Positions 19,468 to 29,606 of a DNA stretch of 64,000 nt are shown here, in pieces. The DNA comes from a virus. Its lineage: Duplodnaviria; Caudoviricetes. The number at the start of each line of letters is the position of its first letter. The stretch's first letter is position 1. The stretch covers positions 1 through 64,000 of IMG/VR virus record IMGVR_UViG_3300014205_000004; one strand, written 5' to 3'. A program made the position numbers and the translations under genes. The notes beneath the pieces were generated by a model. The model saw only the letters and a list, made by a program, of their open reading frames with translations, was not told the origin of the DNA and searched no databases.

Positions 19468-20030
19468 TGCTGTTCGAGAACCTTCCTGAAGGCAAGTTTC
19501 GTTGCGTGGAGGTAGACCCTCCCTGGCAGTACCAGGACAACCTTCCTGGGAAGGGCCGCGGTGCGACTAAGCACTACCGCACGCTGACTGTCGCGGAAGT
19601 GGCGATGCTCCCGATCCCGGACCTGGCTGAAGACGATGCTCACCTCTGGGTGTGGACCACCAACCAGTTCATGCGCGAGACGTTCTCGCTCATCGAGCAC
19701 TGGGGGTTCACGTTCAAGGCTCCGCTCACGTGGGGAAAGACGACGGACGATGGCCTGCGGCCGCGCATCGGGATGGGCCACTACCTGCGGAACAATACAG
19801 AGCACTGCTTCATGGCCGTGCGCGGGAAGCTGCCGGCCCTTTCGCCCAGGAACGTTCCGTCGTACTTCCTGGCCCCGCGGGGCCGGCACTCCCACAAGCC
19901 TGACGAAGCGTACCGCATCATCAGGCGAGTGAGTCCGGGCCCTTACCTGTCTCTCTTCCAGCGAACGCCGCGGGAAGAGTTTGTGATTTGGGGCGACCAA
20001 GCACCGGAAGGCCAGGCGGACGCCGCGTGA
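19467..20030 (+). CDS. MT-A70 family adenine methyltransferase
   Basis: DPPW, LWVWTTN, WGF, GMGHYLRNNTEHC and HSHKP motifs. Confidence 0.92.
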   Translation: MLFENLPEGKFRCVEVDPPWQYQDNLPGKGRGATKHYRTLTVAEVAMLPIPDLAEDDAHLWVWTTNQFMRETFSLIEHWGFTFKAPLTWGKTTDDGLRPRIGMGHYLRNNTEHCFMAVRGKLPALSPRNVPSYFLAPRGRHSHKPDEAYRIIRRVSPGPYLSLFQRTPREEFVIWGDQAPEGQADAA

Positions 20031-20299
20031 ACCGAGCGGTGCGTTGTGCCCATTGCTTTCAGACCGGTGGCACGTTTCGGAGTGCCACTATGGATGTCCT
20101 TGTTCACGATCGCTGTTACGCAATCTACGAGATGGGTCACGGCCTTGAAGAGAGTGACCTGGAGAGTAGTCCGAGCCTCGGCTCTGCAAGAGTGGCCGAA
20201 GCCACTCAAGTGCTTTCTCGTAAGAGTGCGGATCGGCGTCGGGCTGCAGGGTTGAGCCCTCGACCAGGTCGCCGTTGAGTCGGACTACTATCCGTCTTC

Positions 20300-21073
20300 T
20301 CACGCAATCGCCAGCTTTCTTGTTCCCCAGTTCTCCCATTGTCTCTGTGGAACGATGACGTACGCCAGCGCGAAGCCGGCATCTGCCAGCGTGAACTTAG
20401 CGATGACGTAAACTGGTCGGCCCCAACGATCCCGAAACGACAGCGGACGGGTGTGCTCCACCAACTTCCCACAGGCAAGGCCGAAGAGGACCTCCGACAT
20501 TTCTTCGTCCTCGTACCACGGTGCGTCCGTGATGTTCTTCAGTGACGCGTCCATGAGCTGGTCGCTGTCGTAGCCGAGGAGTCTGACCAGGTCCATGTCG
20601 ATGGCGACGACGCGCCCGGCAGGGCTGATTTCGACGACACCCTGGGTGCTTTTCGGCCGGCTCCGCTTGGGAGGCTCGACAGCCATGATGTTGGTCGTGC
20701 CGTCGGCTCGATGGATCTGAGCCCCCGTACTTATGAAGTGGCCTCGCCCGGCGAACTCGGATAGCTCGCCTGCGCGCTTCTGGAAGGCTTGCTCTGTCGC
20801 GTAGGTTGCGCGCCTGCCAGGGAAAATGGCTTCGAGCCGCTCCCGCACCAGGCGTCCGCCGTACAATGTGGCGCAGTTTGTGTGGTCGTCCGTACTCTCA
20901 GACGGCTGACTGAAAGGGTCAGCTATCCCTTCTTCCTCGGCGTTGGCAATACCGAAGAGCAAGTCGTGCACTCCATACTCCGCTGCGCTCGTCCAGTCAA
21001 CGACTGGGTCTTCATTTCTGAAGAGCAAAGTGAAGGATAGCTCTATACCATATGCTGTATGGCTGCTGTGCAA
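20300..21073 (-). CDS. Protein with a C-terminal PAS-like domain
   Basis: GVVEISPAGRVVAID..LVRLLGYDSDQLM ... FRDRWGRPVYV matches the PAS/PAC pattern; TTG after AAGGGGG. Confidence 0.6.
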   Translation of the reverse strand: MHSSHTAYGIELSFTLLFRNEDPVVDWTSAAEYGVHDLLFGIANAEEEGIADPFSQPSESTDDHTNCATLYGGRLVRERLEAIFPGRRATYATEQAFQKRAGELSEFAGRGHFISTGAQIHRADGTTNIMAVEPPKRSRPKSTQGVVEISPAGRVVAIDMDLVRLLGYDSDQLMDASLKNITDAPWYEDEEMSEVLFGLACGKLVEHTRPLSFRDRWGRPVYVIAKFTLADAGFALAYVIVPQRQWENWGTRKLAIA

Positions 21074-21136
21074 TATCTTCCCCCCTTGAGGATCCCCTGA
21101 AGTTCTGTTGTATTACGTACCGTTTAGTCGTTGTTT

Positions 21137-21165
21137 AGACTACTCACGCGTACAAGCAATTGCAA
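21137..21165 (-). promoter_or_regulatory. Sigma70-type promoter of the PAS gene
   Basis: TTGCAA-17 nt-TAGTCT. Confidence 0.6.
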
Positions 21166-21210
21166 CGGTCTAGCGTCCCAACGACAGTAGCTGACGTCGG
21201 AGAAAAGCAA

Positions 21211-21240
21211 AGGGAGGGTCCGTTTGCTGGACCCTCCCTC
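21211..21240 (-). terminator. Intrinsic terminator
   Basis: GGGAGGGTCC/GGACCCTCCC stem followed by TTTGCTTTT on the minus strand. Confidence 0.75.
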
Positions 21241-21277
21241 GTTGAGCGCGGAAGTGGCTTGATTGTGACCTGCGGCG

Positions 21278-21610
21278 TTATGTAGTCGCCGCAGGTGACT
21301 TGGCTCGGCGTGTCCGTTGTGTGGGTGGACCCTCGGTGCCTTCCTTGTGGACCTGGATGACGATCCGGTCGAGGTTCCGCTTGACCACGACAGGTGTCTC
21401 CTTGTGCCTGTTTTTCCATTGCACCATTGAGCGGTAGAACTTGTCGACCGCCTTCTTGTCCTCTGGCGCATCTGTCTCCGGGCTGACCTCGATGATGCCG
21501 CTCTTCGCGTTCTTGGCGGCGACGTACGCCTGAAGACAGCGGCTCTCTCTGGGGCCGCGCCGCGAAATTTCTTCAGGCATGGCTTCTAGTTCTCTGAATT
21601 TGAGATTCAT
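21278..21610 (-). CDS. Small basic hypothetical protein in its own transcription unit
   Basis: ATG after AGGAG; upstream TTGACA near 21704-21709; downstream terminator. Confidence 0.65.
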   Translation of the reverse strand: MNLKFRELEAMPEEISRRGPRESRCLQAYVAAKNAKSGIIEVSPETDAPEDKKAVDKFYRSMVQWKNRHKETPVVVKRNLDRIVIQVHKEGTEGPPTQRTRRAKSPAATT

Positions 21611-21735
21611 GTGAGTCTCGACTCCTCTTTCGGTATCCTTTTGGCTTGGTGCGTTGGCTGCCCCAAACCTCCCAGGACAACCGTATTCCGAACACGTCCG
21701 GACTGTCAACACATATTAGTGTGAGAGACGCTAAC

Positions 21736-22998
21736 TCATGTGATTTTAATGACTCCCCTTTCCTCCAACCCCAGCATTCGTTCCTGAAGATGGTTCGGTA
21801 GCCGGATGATGGACTCAAGCGACACAAATATATCGACTTTGGGTTGCTCAGGTACGAGTTTTTCAGCAAAGAGCGAAGCCTCAGGGAACGTGCCCTGGGC
21901 CTGCCACCAGTCGACTACTGGCTTCACCTCGCTGTGGTCGACGAAGCAAGCAGTGACGCGCTGGTCATCGAAGCCAGGCACCTTGATGATGGCGTCGCCG
22001 CGGCCCAACAGTAGCTCTGCTCCGGACTGGTCCATGACAACTCGGCTGTCGATCGCTGTCGACACACGAAAGGCCGCTCGGGCAGGGAAGTTGGCCTTGA
22101 GTCGGCCGCTGATGATGTCGTGTGAAGGCCGTTGAGTAGCCAACACCATGTGAATGCCGGCCGCACGGCCAAGCTGACCGAGCCTGATGATCAGTTCCTG
22201 CGCCGCCGGAGAGTTACCGAAAAGGTCAGCCAGTTCGTCGATAATGAGTACCACGTACGGGAGAGTGTGGCCGCTCCGCAGCAAGTACTCGCTGATATTC
22301 CGATCTGAGTGCGTACTAAGCAACTCGTAGCGGTCACGCATCAGCTGCTCCAGGTCGGTGAGCATCTGGACGGTCTCGTCGGAGTCGTAGATGACCTTCC
22401 CGTAGCCAAGATGCGGGAGCCCCTCGAACACATTGAACTCGACACGCTTGGGGTCGACCAGGATGAGCTGGACTTCCGCCGGCGTGTACTGCGCGGCCAG
22501 GCTGGCGATGACCGCGTTGAGGAACACGCTCTTGCCCGAGCCCGTTGCACCAGCCACCAGAAGGTGAGGCATCGTGGCGAGCGAGTACCAGACAGGGGTG
22601 TTCGTGACGGACACGCCCGCGGGAATCATCAGCGGCTCGTTGGACCTGGGCGACGCGAGGAGGGACGCGAGACTGACGCGCCCTCTCTCCAGGTTGGGTA
22701 CCTCCAGGCAGATGAGCCCGGTCCGGTTGTCGTAGGTGATGCGCACTGTGGGGCTGCGAAGGTAGAACGCGATGTCGCGTTCGCGCGCCTTGAGCTTGCT
22801 GACTGCGGTGTACGTGTCTGGCTTGAAACGGACGACGGTCACTGTTGGACCATGCTCCATGCCGACGACGTCACCTGACACGCTGAAGTGGCCGAGGACT
22901 CGTTTGACTACCTCTTCAGAGATCTCTGAGGGAACGCCCCGAGTGCTAGGGCCAGAGCTCTGTACGAACGAGGCTATTGGTGAGGACAAAGCCGACAT
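21736..22998 (-). CDS. ftsK: FtsK/SpoIIIE DNA translocase, motor domains only
   Basis: GPTVT (alpha domain), PHLLVAGATGSGKS, DPKRVE, IIDELAD, GRAAGIH, ATQRPS, GAELLLGRGD. Confidence 0.92.
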   Translation of the reverse strand: MSALSSPIASFVQSSGPSTRGVPSEISEEVVKRVLGHFSVSGDVVGMEHGPTVTVVRFKPDTYTAVSKLKARERDIAFYLRSPTVRITYDNRTGLICLEVPNLERGRVSLASLLASPRSNEPLMIPAGVSVTNTPVWYSLATMPHLLVAGATGSGKSVFLNAVIASLAAQYTPAEVQLILVDPKRVEFNVFEGLPHLGYGKVIYDSDETVQMLTDLEQLMRDRYELLSTHSDRNISEYLLRSGHTLPYVVLIIDELADLFGNSPAAQELIIRLGQLGRAAGIHMVLATQRPSHDIISGRLKANFPARAAFRVSTAIDSRVVMDQSGAELLLGRGDAIIKVPGFDDQRVTACFVDHSEVKPVVDWWQAQGTFPEASLFAEKLVPEQPKVDIFVSLESIIRLPNHLQERMLGLEERGVIKIT

Positions 22999-23230
22999 GA
23001 GGGAACTCCTTGGTTAGGATCTCGATGGCCTTCTCAGGGCTGAATTCTCCGACCCGGTAGTGTGTGTAGACCGCACGCGAGATGTCGTGCCGCAACCACA
23101 CAGGCCCGTACCAGCAAAGGTCAGCCAGCCTGCTCCAGATGACTTCCCGCTGCCAATCGTCGATGTTCGGGGAGAAGGAGATGAGCAATTTGCGGTGCTC
23201 AGTCTCGAAGACGTCGATCTGCGCGGCGAT
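22946..23230 (-). CDS. Hypothetical protein, possible ATC start
   Basis: Frame is open from an ATC 1 nt after the upstream stop; GGAG 10 nt upstream. Confidence 0.4.
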   Translation of the reverse strand: MAAQIDVFETEHRKLLISFSPNIDDWQREVIWSRLADLCWYGPVWLRHDISRAVYTHYRVGEFSPEKAIEILTKEFPHVGFVLTNSLVRTELWP

Positions 23231-23231
23231 G

Positions 23232-23618
23232 CTAAACGTACTCCACAGGTGTTTCCATGGTTCGGGTCAGCGCGACGCGGAGGCCGATCGCATCGTAGAG
23301 GTCTCGCGCCGCGGCACGGAACTCGACGATGGATGTGGGATGCTCACGGTGGTGGGCGTCGATCTCGTCAATCACCTGGAACAGGTACGCTTCAGCTGAC
23401 CGTTCCGGGTTCTGCCGGATCCAGGTACGGATCTTGGCCCAGAACTCGATGACCTGGGGTGTGATGTCCCACTCAGCCAGGGTGACGGTACGCGCAGTTT
23501 CCGAGAAGAACGACTGCGCGTGCAGGTGGGCGACGAACTCAGCGAGGAAGTACTTGTGGACCTGCACGCGGAACCGCTTTAGGTTCCGGCAGTAGTCCCA
23601 GTCAGAGAGAATGTACAC
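23232..23618 (-). CDS. Hypothetical protein
   Basis: GTG after AGGAGG. Confidence 0.65.
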   Translation of the reverse strand: MYILSDWDYCRNLKRFRVQVHKYFLAEFVAHLHAQSFFSETARTVTLAEWDITPQVIEFWAKIRTWIRQNPERSAEAYLFQVIDEIDAHHREHPTSIVEFRAAARDLYDAIGLRVALTRTMETPVEYV

Positions 23619-23877
23619 GCTTGTCCTCCTGTTGAGGGTGCATCCGTTTGTGCTCCGCTATGGTTGCGACCAGGTCCAGGTCGCTGTCTGAAAGGGTGTA
23701 GTGCCTGAAGGCCAGGACGATGACTCCTGCGCTGTTGCGGTGAGTGCCTTCGTACAGTCCTTGTAGCCGGCGAGCGCACGAGCGGGCGTCCGGGCGTTTC
23801 TCGTCCTTCACGTGGTCAAGCACCTGCGCTACGCACAGGTCAATCAGTGTCTTGTGTGTCTGCATGCGCTTTGGCAC
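23602..23877 (-). CDS. Hypothetical protein
   Basis: Tiles with neighbouring genes. Confidence 0.55.
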   Translation of the reverse strand: MPKRMQTHKTLIDLCVAQVLDHVKDEKRPDARSCARRLQGLYEGTHRNSAGVIVLAFRHYTLSDSDLDLVATIAEHKRMHPQQEDKRVHSL

Positions 23878-24103
23878 CTCGTAGCAGGAAGATGCAGAGG
23901 GACGCTATCGCGACTCCCCACAGGACCCAGGCCGGCGCTGCCATAACCATGGCAACAGCCAGCCAGAGGATGATGAGAATGATAGCGGACCCCAGGCAGC
24001 CGCAGCACGCGAGGTTCTGGACAAAGACTCGGAGTAGCCCTAAGGCTACTCCGATGAGGATTCCTCCGAAGAACCAACGGAGGAGCTTCGGTTTGTCGTT
24101 CAG
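23840..24103 (-). CDS. Small membrane protein, probable CTG start
   Basis: Three hydrophobic helices; CTGA overlap with the upstream stop. Confidence 0.55.
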   Translation of the reverse strand: MNDKPKLLRWFFGGILIGVALGLLRVFVQNLACCGCLGSAIILIILWLAVAMVMAAPAWVLWGVAIASLCIFLLRGAKAHADTQDTD

Positions 24104-24381
24104 GAAGCGACGCGCTCCATCTTGATCGCCGCCTCGATCGTGAACCCCAGACCGCCCTGCTCGCAGAGGATGCTGCAGTAGGTGAACTTGAGTGCGCTCC
24201 CAGAGCGCTTCCACTCATACCTGACATGGCAGTTGCTGCACGTGCGCACGTTTGGACAGAGCGGCTGAATAGGCGAGGTTGGCACTGGTTTGCTCCTGTC
24301 TGACGTGGAATCTGAAGAGTCTCTGAAGTCCAGAGTACCGGTAACAGAGGTCAGTGGGCGCTCCGTGATGAGGTTTTGCAT
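24100..24381 (-). CDS. Zn-binding hypothetical protein
   Basis: CSNC ... YCSILCE. Confidence 0.6.
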   Translation of the reverse strand: MQNLITERPLTSVTGTLDFRDSSDSTSDRSKPVPTSPIQPLCPNVRTCSNCHVRYEWKRSGSALKFTYCSILCEQGGLGFTIEAAIKMERVAS

Positions 24382-24451
24382 AATGTTCGTTCGACTACCT
24401 TTCGAGTCACCGGTGGACCAGAGTGTCGTCTGCAGCACGTCACTGGCGTGT

Positions 24452-24474
24452 ACGGGTGTTGTAGAGTGTTCTAG
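24452..24474 (+). repeat. 23-bp exact direct repeat, copy 1
   Basis: ACGGGTGTTGTAGAGTGTTCTAG, identical to 59538-59560. Confidence 0.9.
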
Positions 24475-25192
24475 AGCAGGTCTGGCTCATGCTACGCCGG
24501 GGTCAGGAAGTAGCCTTTGGCACCTGCGCGGTCGAGCAGCCGTCCGACCTCCTGGTATGAGGTGAACTCCACCGGCCGGACGATGACTGCCTGCCCTGGC
24601 CCACTGAAGTATGGATCCATCAGAACGTCCACGAGATGCTCGCCGCAGGCCGGTTCGCCTCGAAGTCCCGCACCATTGTTGATTGTCGCTACGGGTGCGG
24701 AGTCGCAGAACGCTTTGATACATGTCAAAGGACACCTCCTTCACTGACGATGGCTGCGATGAGTTGCCGGGCCCGCTCCTGGTACTCCAGGAATGCGTCC
24801 GACTGAGACGCCCCGCTTTCCGCGCAGCGCCGGCAGCGACCTTTGTGGTCCACGTCCTCGACAGGGTCGCTGTCCTGGCCGCAGTCCGTGCAGTAGTCCA
24901 GTTCACCGCACGGGATGAAGGCGACGTGTGTTGCGAGGCTCTCCACGAAAGAGAGGACGGCTTCGCGGGTCGTTGGCTTAGGCATGGCACGCACGCGCAG
25001 GTCGCGCGCGGTCTCCCTCATCGTCATCACGGATGGTTCCCCACGCAGAAAGGAGCGGATCATCTCCGCCCGTTCCAGGCAGGCGCTACGGGATATGCCG
25101 TCACCGGCCGCACCGTCATCGAAGCGTTCAGCGAGGTTGTTGAGGACTGCGACTGCTTGGTCCAGGGTTACGTGATTCACTGGCATTCTCCT

Positions 25193-25852
25193 TTACGAGA
25201 GCTGGTTGAGTGCTTTCTTCCATCGCGCGCCGTGTGCGACGAACCCGATGGTGATGCTGTGTTCCTTGAGCTTGTCGGTCTTGCTGCAAAGCAAGCAGGA
25301 AGCGCACTGGACGCCGCGGGTCTGCTCCGGGCACGGCATAACTTTGATGCCGTCGCGCTCGAAGACCTTGGGCCCGTCCGGAAACTCAGGAACAACGATG
25401 GCGGTTGCGAAGCCAGCTGCTCGGGCCTGCTTCACATCCTCTGCGGATTCACACGACGCGAGGACGTTCGCCCCACGCCAGTCGTCCACGTCGACGTCCC
25501 GCCAGGCGTGGGTGTACGTCCAGGCCGGTGAAGGGTAGTCAGCCATGGCTTGGCCGACGATGCGCGCCGCTTCGGGTGTCGCCGAGTCGCCGACGACGTG
25601 GACGCGAAGAGGGAGGTTGCCTTTGAGTGCGCGGATCTTGTTCGCCTCTTCCTGGGCGATAGCCACTGGGTCGGTCGTCTCGCTCTTGTTGACGCGACGC
25701 GTAGCGAATGCCATGTTTCCGACTTCCGCGTAGCAACCGTTGTCGCGGAACCGGCACGAGGTCGGGCAGGATGCCTGCGACGCGTACGTCGCGGCCACCT
25801 TACCGAGCTTCGAGTTGTTTGACCTCGCGGCCACACTGACCGCGCCAGCGAT
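25193..25852 (-). CDS. Cys-rich phage protein (gp88/DUF7227-like), GTG 25834 or ATC 25852 start
   Basis: SNNSKLG..SCP..C....CYA, LRVHVVGD, WTYTH, CP....CASCLLC, GFVAHG. Confidence 0.6.
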   Translation of the reverse strand: MAGAVSVAARSNNSKLGKVAATYASQASCPTSCRFRDNGCYAEVGNMAFATRRVNKSETTDPVAIAQEEANKIRALKGNLPLRVHVVGDSATPEAARIVGQAMADYPSPAWTYTHAWRDVDVDDWRGANVLASCESAEDVKQARAAGFATAIVVPEFPDGPKVFERDGIKVMPCPEQTRGVQCASCLLCSKTDKLKEHSITIGFVAHGARWKKALNQLS

Positions 25853-26206
25853 CTAGTTGAGACCCCAGGCTTCACGGTCGTCGGCCCTGTCCTGCTCGTC
25901 GTCCCCGTCGTAGAACTCTTCGAAGGACGCACAGAGGCTAAGGTCCGCGCGCATCAACGCGACGGACATGTCGTCGCACTCCACCACCCAGTCGTTGATG
26001 CGGTTGTGGAGGCGGTTGCGGTCGTTAACAGAGAGGGAGTCCAACGTCTGGTTGGAGAGGTTCTCGATGAGCACGCCTTCAAGCGTGTCGACCAGTTCTT
26101 TGACCTGGGTTGTCGTCTTGCCGTTGGCTTCGCACCAACGTTCGAAGGCGATGGATTCGAGCGCCGCCTTTTCGTAAGGGCGTTCGAGGTAGGACTGATG
26201 GGTTAT
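25853..26206 (-). CDS. Acidic hypothetical protein, ATA start
   Basis: AAGGAG-6 nt-ATA extends the tracked ORF by 44 codons and fills the intergenic gap. Confidence 0.65.
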   Translation of the reverse strand: MTHQSYLERPYEKAALESIAFERWCEANGKTTTQVKELVDTLEGVLIENLSNQTLDSLSVNDRNRLHNRINDWVVECDDMSVALMRADLSLCASFEEFYDGDDEQDRADDREAWGLN

Positions 26207-26694
26207 GAGTTACTCCTTGTTGGATGGTCGCGGTTTGGTGCCAAGGGGTGCGCCGACCTGTTCGAGCATGCTGCGGGACATCATCGAGATGATGTCCCGG
26301 CTGGCACAGTCGTAGGCGAGGTTCTCATCGACCTTCGTGACGACGTACTCGTAGTCAACGTCGTAGCCGAAATCGATGAGCGCACGATGGATAGACGGGC
26401 TGACGCGGTCGACCAGGAATTTGAGATTGCCGAGTGGAGTGGTTTCTGTGCGTATCTCACCCAAGGGAGGCACGCTCCCCGCAGTTTCCACACTCGCGAC
26501 CGGGGACGACGTAAAAGTCCTTGCACGAGGGACAGATGATGCAGCGATCGCAGTGTTGTGGTTTCACCATGAAGGTGAACAGATCACCAGGCTTGAAACC
26601 TGGAAGTTCATTTATTGGCAGCTCAGCCACCTTGTACCTCCTGTGTGTGCAGCGAAAATTTCGCGCGGCCAAATTTTGGTCCTAAAATAACGTC

Positions 26695-28233
26695 TTAGGC
26701 CGCTTGGATTGCTTCGGCTTCAATGAAGTTCAGGTTGTGGCGTGCCCGCGTGTACGCCACGTAGATCAGGTTGTTCTCTTGCTCGATCTGCCAGGGAACC
26801 TTGGCTGCCTTGCTCGGCATCCCCGTCCAGCGGTTGAGGATGTAGACGTTGTCCCATTCGAGACCCTTGGCCTTGTGTACCGTTGAGAGCGTGACACCCC
26901 TTTCCTTGTCACTGAAGACGCGGTCGATGAAGTTGATGAGGTCCTGGACGGTGGTCCCGCCCTCGGTAATCATCGCCTTCACGACGGCATAGATGCTGTC
27001 TACCTTGTCGGCAACGGACTGAATCCGAGCATCCTGCTTGCGCGCCTTGTAGAACTCGATTTCGCGGTCTCGGAGCTCCTCCAACCGCGGTACGAACTCG
27101 TTGATTGCCATGGAAGTGTCCTTCCGTGAGGCTTTCTTGATGTACTCAGCCAGGTCGGCTCCGAAGTCCGAACCGAGGATGGTGCACGGGATGCCCGAGG
27201 CGAGCATCTGGATGGCGAGGCCCACGAGCGGAGCGTTCGTGCGGCAGAGAATCGCGTCTGTCAGCTGCACGTCGTCCAACTTGAGGTTGATGAGTGTGTT
27301 GACGGATCCCTCAGGAGCGTTGTCCCAGGCCTCGATCTCCGGGCAGAACTCCCTGGCGTACTGGATAACAGCGCGCGAGCACCGGTAGTTGACCGAGAGA
27401 GGAAAGCGGACGGACCTGAAGTCCCGAGCGATGTTGTCCATTGCCCGAGCGTCAGCGCCCCGCCAACCGTAGATAGCCTGGCGGGGGTCTCCCACCGCAA
27501 TCAGCCGGCCGCTACTTCCGACCATTTCGTGGAGAATCGCCTGCTGAATGGGGTTGGTGTCCTGGGCCTCGTCCACGCAGACGATGTCTTGCCGCCAGAA
27601 CCGCGCCTTCGTGAGGATTGGCGCGTAGACCATGTCGTCAAAGTCGATCCAGTTGTCGACACAGTCGTTGCTCTCGCGGAGAAGCGTGTTTGCGACTCGA
27701 ACAGCCCAGTTTTCGAGGTCATCGACCGTGCGCTTGTCTCCGTCTTCCGGGTCGAAGCGCATGTCGTGGTAGCGAAGGAGATTCTTCCAGTTCTGCTCAT
27801 TAGCGTCGTAGAGCGCGCCGATGCCGCTGCCGCGGCCAATCCCGACGAGCTTCCGGATGCGCCCGCCGTAGATCTTCACGTCCCGCTCGCTCAGCCCGTC
27901 CTCCACCAGGATTTCCATGATCTCCCACAGCTTGTTCTCACGGATCTGGGTCTTCGGGTACTTGCTTCGAAGAGCGGAGAGGCCAGCCGAGTGAAACGTG
28001 GACGCCTTGATGTTCGGAGGCATACGCTGATCAGCCTCATCACGGTTGCGCTTGTTAAAGACCAGGTACTGGCCTTTCGTAGACGAGGGGAGACGCTTTG
28101 CGAACTCCTCGATCGAGGTCGTCTTGCCGGACCCTGCCACGGCGCGGACGTCGCCGTTGTCCTTGGCCTTCGCGAATGCGAAGAGCGACTCCTGGTAGGG
28201 TGACCACTTCTTTGTGGCGGTTGCTGTTGCCAT
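26695..28233 (-). CDS. UvrD/Rep-like SF1 helicase
   Basis: AVAGSGKTT, VDEAQD, VGDPRQAIYGWRGA, NYRCS, STVHKAKGLEW, YVAYTRA. Confidence 0.93.
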   Translation of the reverse strand: MATATATKKWSPYQESLFAFAKAKDNGDVRAVAGSGKTTSIEEFAKRLPSSTKGQYLVFNKRNRDEADQRMPPNIKASTFHSAGLSALRSKYPKTQIRENKLWEIMEILVEDGLSERDVKIYGGRIRKLVGIGRGSGIGALYDANEQNWKNLLRYHDMRFDPEDGDKRTVDDLENWAVRVANTLLRESNDCVDNWIDFDDMVYAPILTKARFWRQDIVCVDEAQDTNPIQQAILHEMVGSSGRLIAVGDPRQAIYGWRGADARAMDNIARDFRSVRFPLSVNYRCSRAVIQYAREFCPEIEAWDNAPEGSVNTLINLKLDDVQLTDAILCRTNAPLVGLAIQMLASGIPCTILGSDFGADLAEYIKKASRKDTSMAINEFVPRLEELRDREIEFYKARKQDARIQSVADKVDSIYAVVKAMITEGGTTVQDLINFIDRVFSDKERGVTLSTVHKAKGLEWDNVYILNRWTGMPSKAAKVPWQIEQENNLIYVAYTRARHNLNFIEAEAIQAA

Positions 28234-28901
28234 TTCCTGCGCATCCTCCTTGGGACAACAAAGTCCCCCGGACGGGTCGTTCCTTGAGAGCACGACTGTA
28301 CGGGGGACCCTGCCTTACATCACACAAAAGCGGAGTTTACGGCTCGCTACACCATCAACATGCTTCTTCGTCAGAGCCGGCCGGAGAGATATTCTCCGGG
28401 CGTCAGCACCAACGCCTTTCTCTCAAGGCTGAAAGGTTTTCGAAAGGACCCAACTGCGGGAGCGCCATTTGCGCCCCCGGAGTCGACAATGGGAGGCATC
28501 CGAACGATGGCGATGTCGAAATACCCGAACAACCAGTTCACGCGTCGACAATCTCCGTCAGTTCGAAAGTTTCCTCAGCTTCGCCGATCTGCTTCCAACC
28601 GTCAATACCTTCACACAGGAGTTGACGAGCAGCTTCAACGGCGGTGGCTTCGCTGTCCGCATGAACGGTCAACTCCGTGACTTCAGGCCAGACGCGAAGT
28701 ATGGATACCAGGAAAGTCCTCACACGAAGTGTGTTCTTCGGTAACGGACTACACTCTTCGCGACGTCCTCCGGGGTCTTGCCGAAGAGGTCGGCGACCAG
28801 GACAACGGTGAGCATCAACGCCACGCTGTCCACGCCGTACCACGTGGGTTCGTCGTTTTCAGCAATCCACTGAACTGCTGCCTTGTAGGTTGGGACAGCC
28901 A

Positions 28902-29555
28902 TCACAGCACCGCCTTCAAGCGCCCGGCATCCACTGCCAGCAAGTCCAGTGCAACACGACCTAGCGCCAGGCGCTCATCAAGCGTGCCCTCAGTCACTGC
29001 CAGGACGAACTGGATGCATGCTGACTCGGACAAGCTGGGCACGGGCTCCTTGGACCCCTGGTAGGGCGCGAAGAAGCGGGCGTACAGCGTGTTCGCGAGT
29101 TCGCGGTCTTTGGGCTCGATCAGTGCTCCGAATAGCCGGAACTGGCGGAATGTGTCCTCTTCCAGTTCCTTGGCCTCCGCCACATACTCAGCGATGCTGC
29201 GAGGGACGTCATCCAGGAGCTCTTGAACGACCACCTCGAACTCAGCGAAGCGCACTCGCTCACTTCGGTCCTCGAATGTCTCCACGGTGAGGTTCTGGTA
29301 GTTGCCGTAGTACGGTGCGCACCAGCCGCCGCTGCGGCCTTCGGACGAAGCTCCGGCGTAGCCGAGTTCCTCGGCCGCGGTGTGGATCTGGCTCCAGAAT
29401 TCCTCGGCCGCGGCGTCCCAGGCGTAGGAGCGCTGGCTTTCGGACGCATCGCCGTACGCTGCCTCAACCGCGGCTTGGTCGAGGTCCCAGAGCTTGACAC
29501 GCACAGCTGCGTGCCCGGTTTCCCCGTGAAAGGGGATGGTTTGGGTGTCGGTCAG
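28902..29555 (-). CDS. Acidic hypothetical protein, probable CTG start
   Basis: AAGGAG-6 nt-CTG; contains EGRSGGW motif. Confidence 0.6.
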   Translation of the reverse strand: MTDTQTIPFHGETGHAAVRVKLWDLDQAAVEAAYGDASESQRSYAWDAAAEEFWSQIHTAAEELGYAGASSEGRSGGWCAPYYGNYQNLTVETFEDRSERVRFAEFEVVVQELLDDVPRSIAEYVAEAKELEEDTFRQFRLFGALIEPKDRELANTLYARFFAPYQGSKEPVPSLSESACIQFVLAVTEGTLDERLALGRVALDLLAVDAGRLKAVL

Positions 29556-29606
29556 CCTGTTCTCCTTCTCATGTTGCAAAGTTACCTTGACAGCCAGCAA
29601 GCAATG

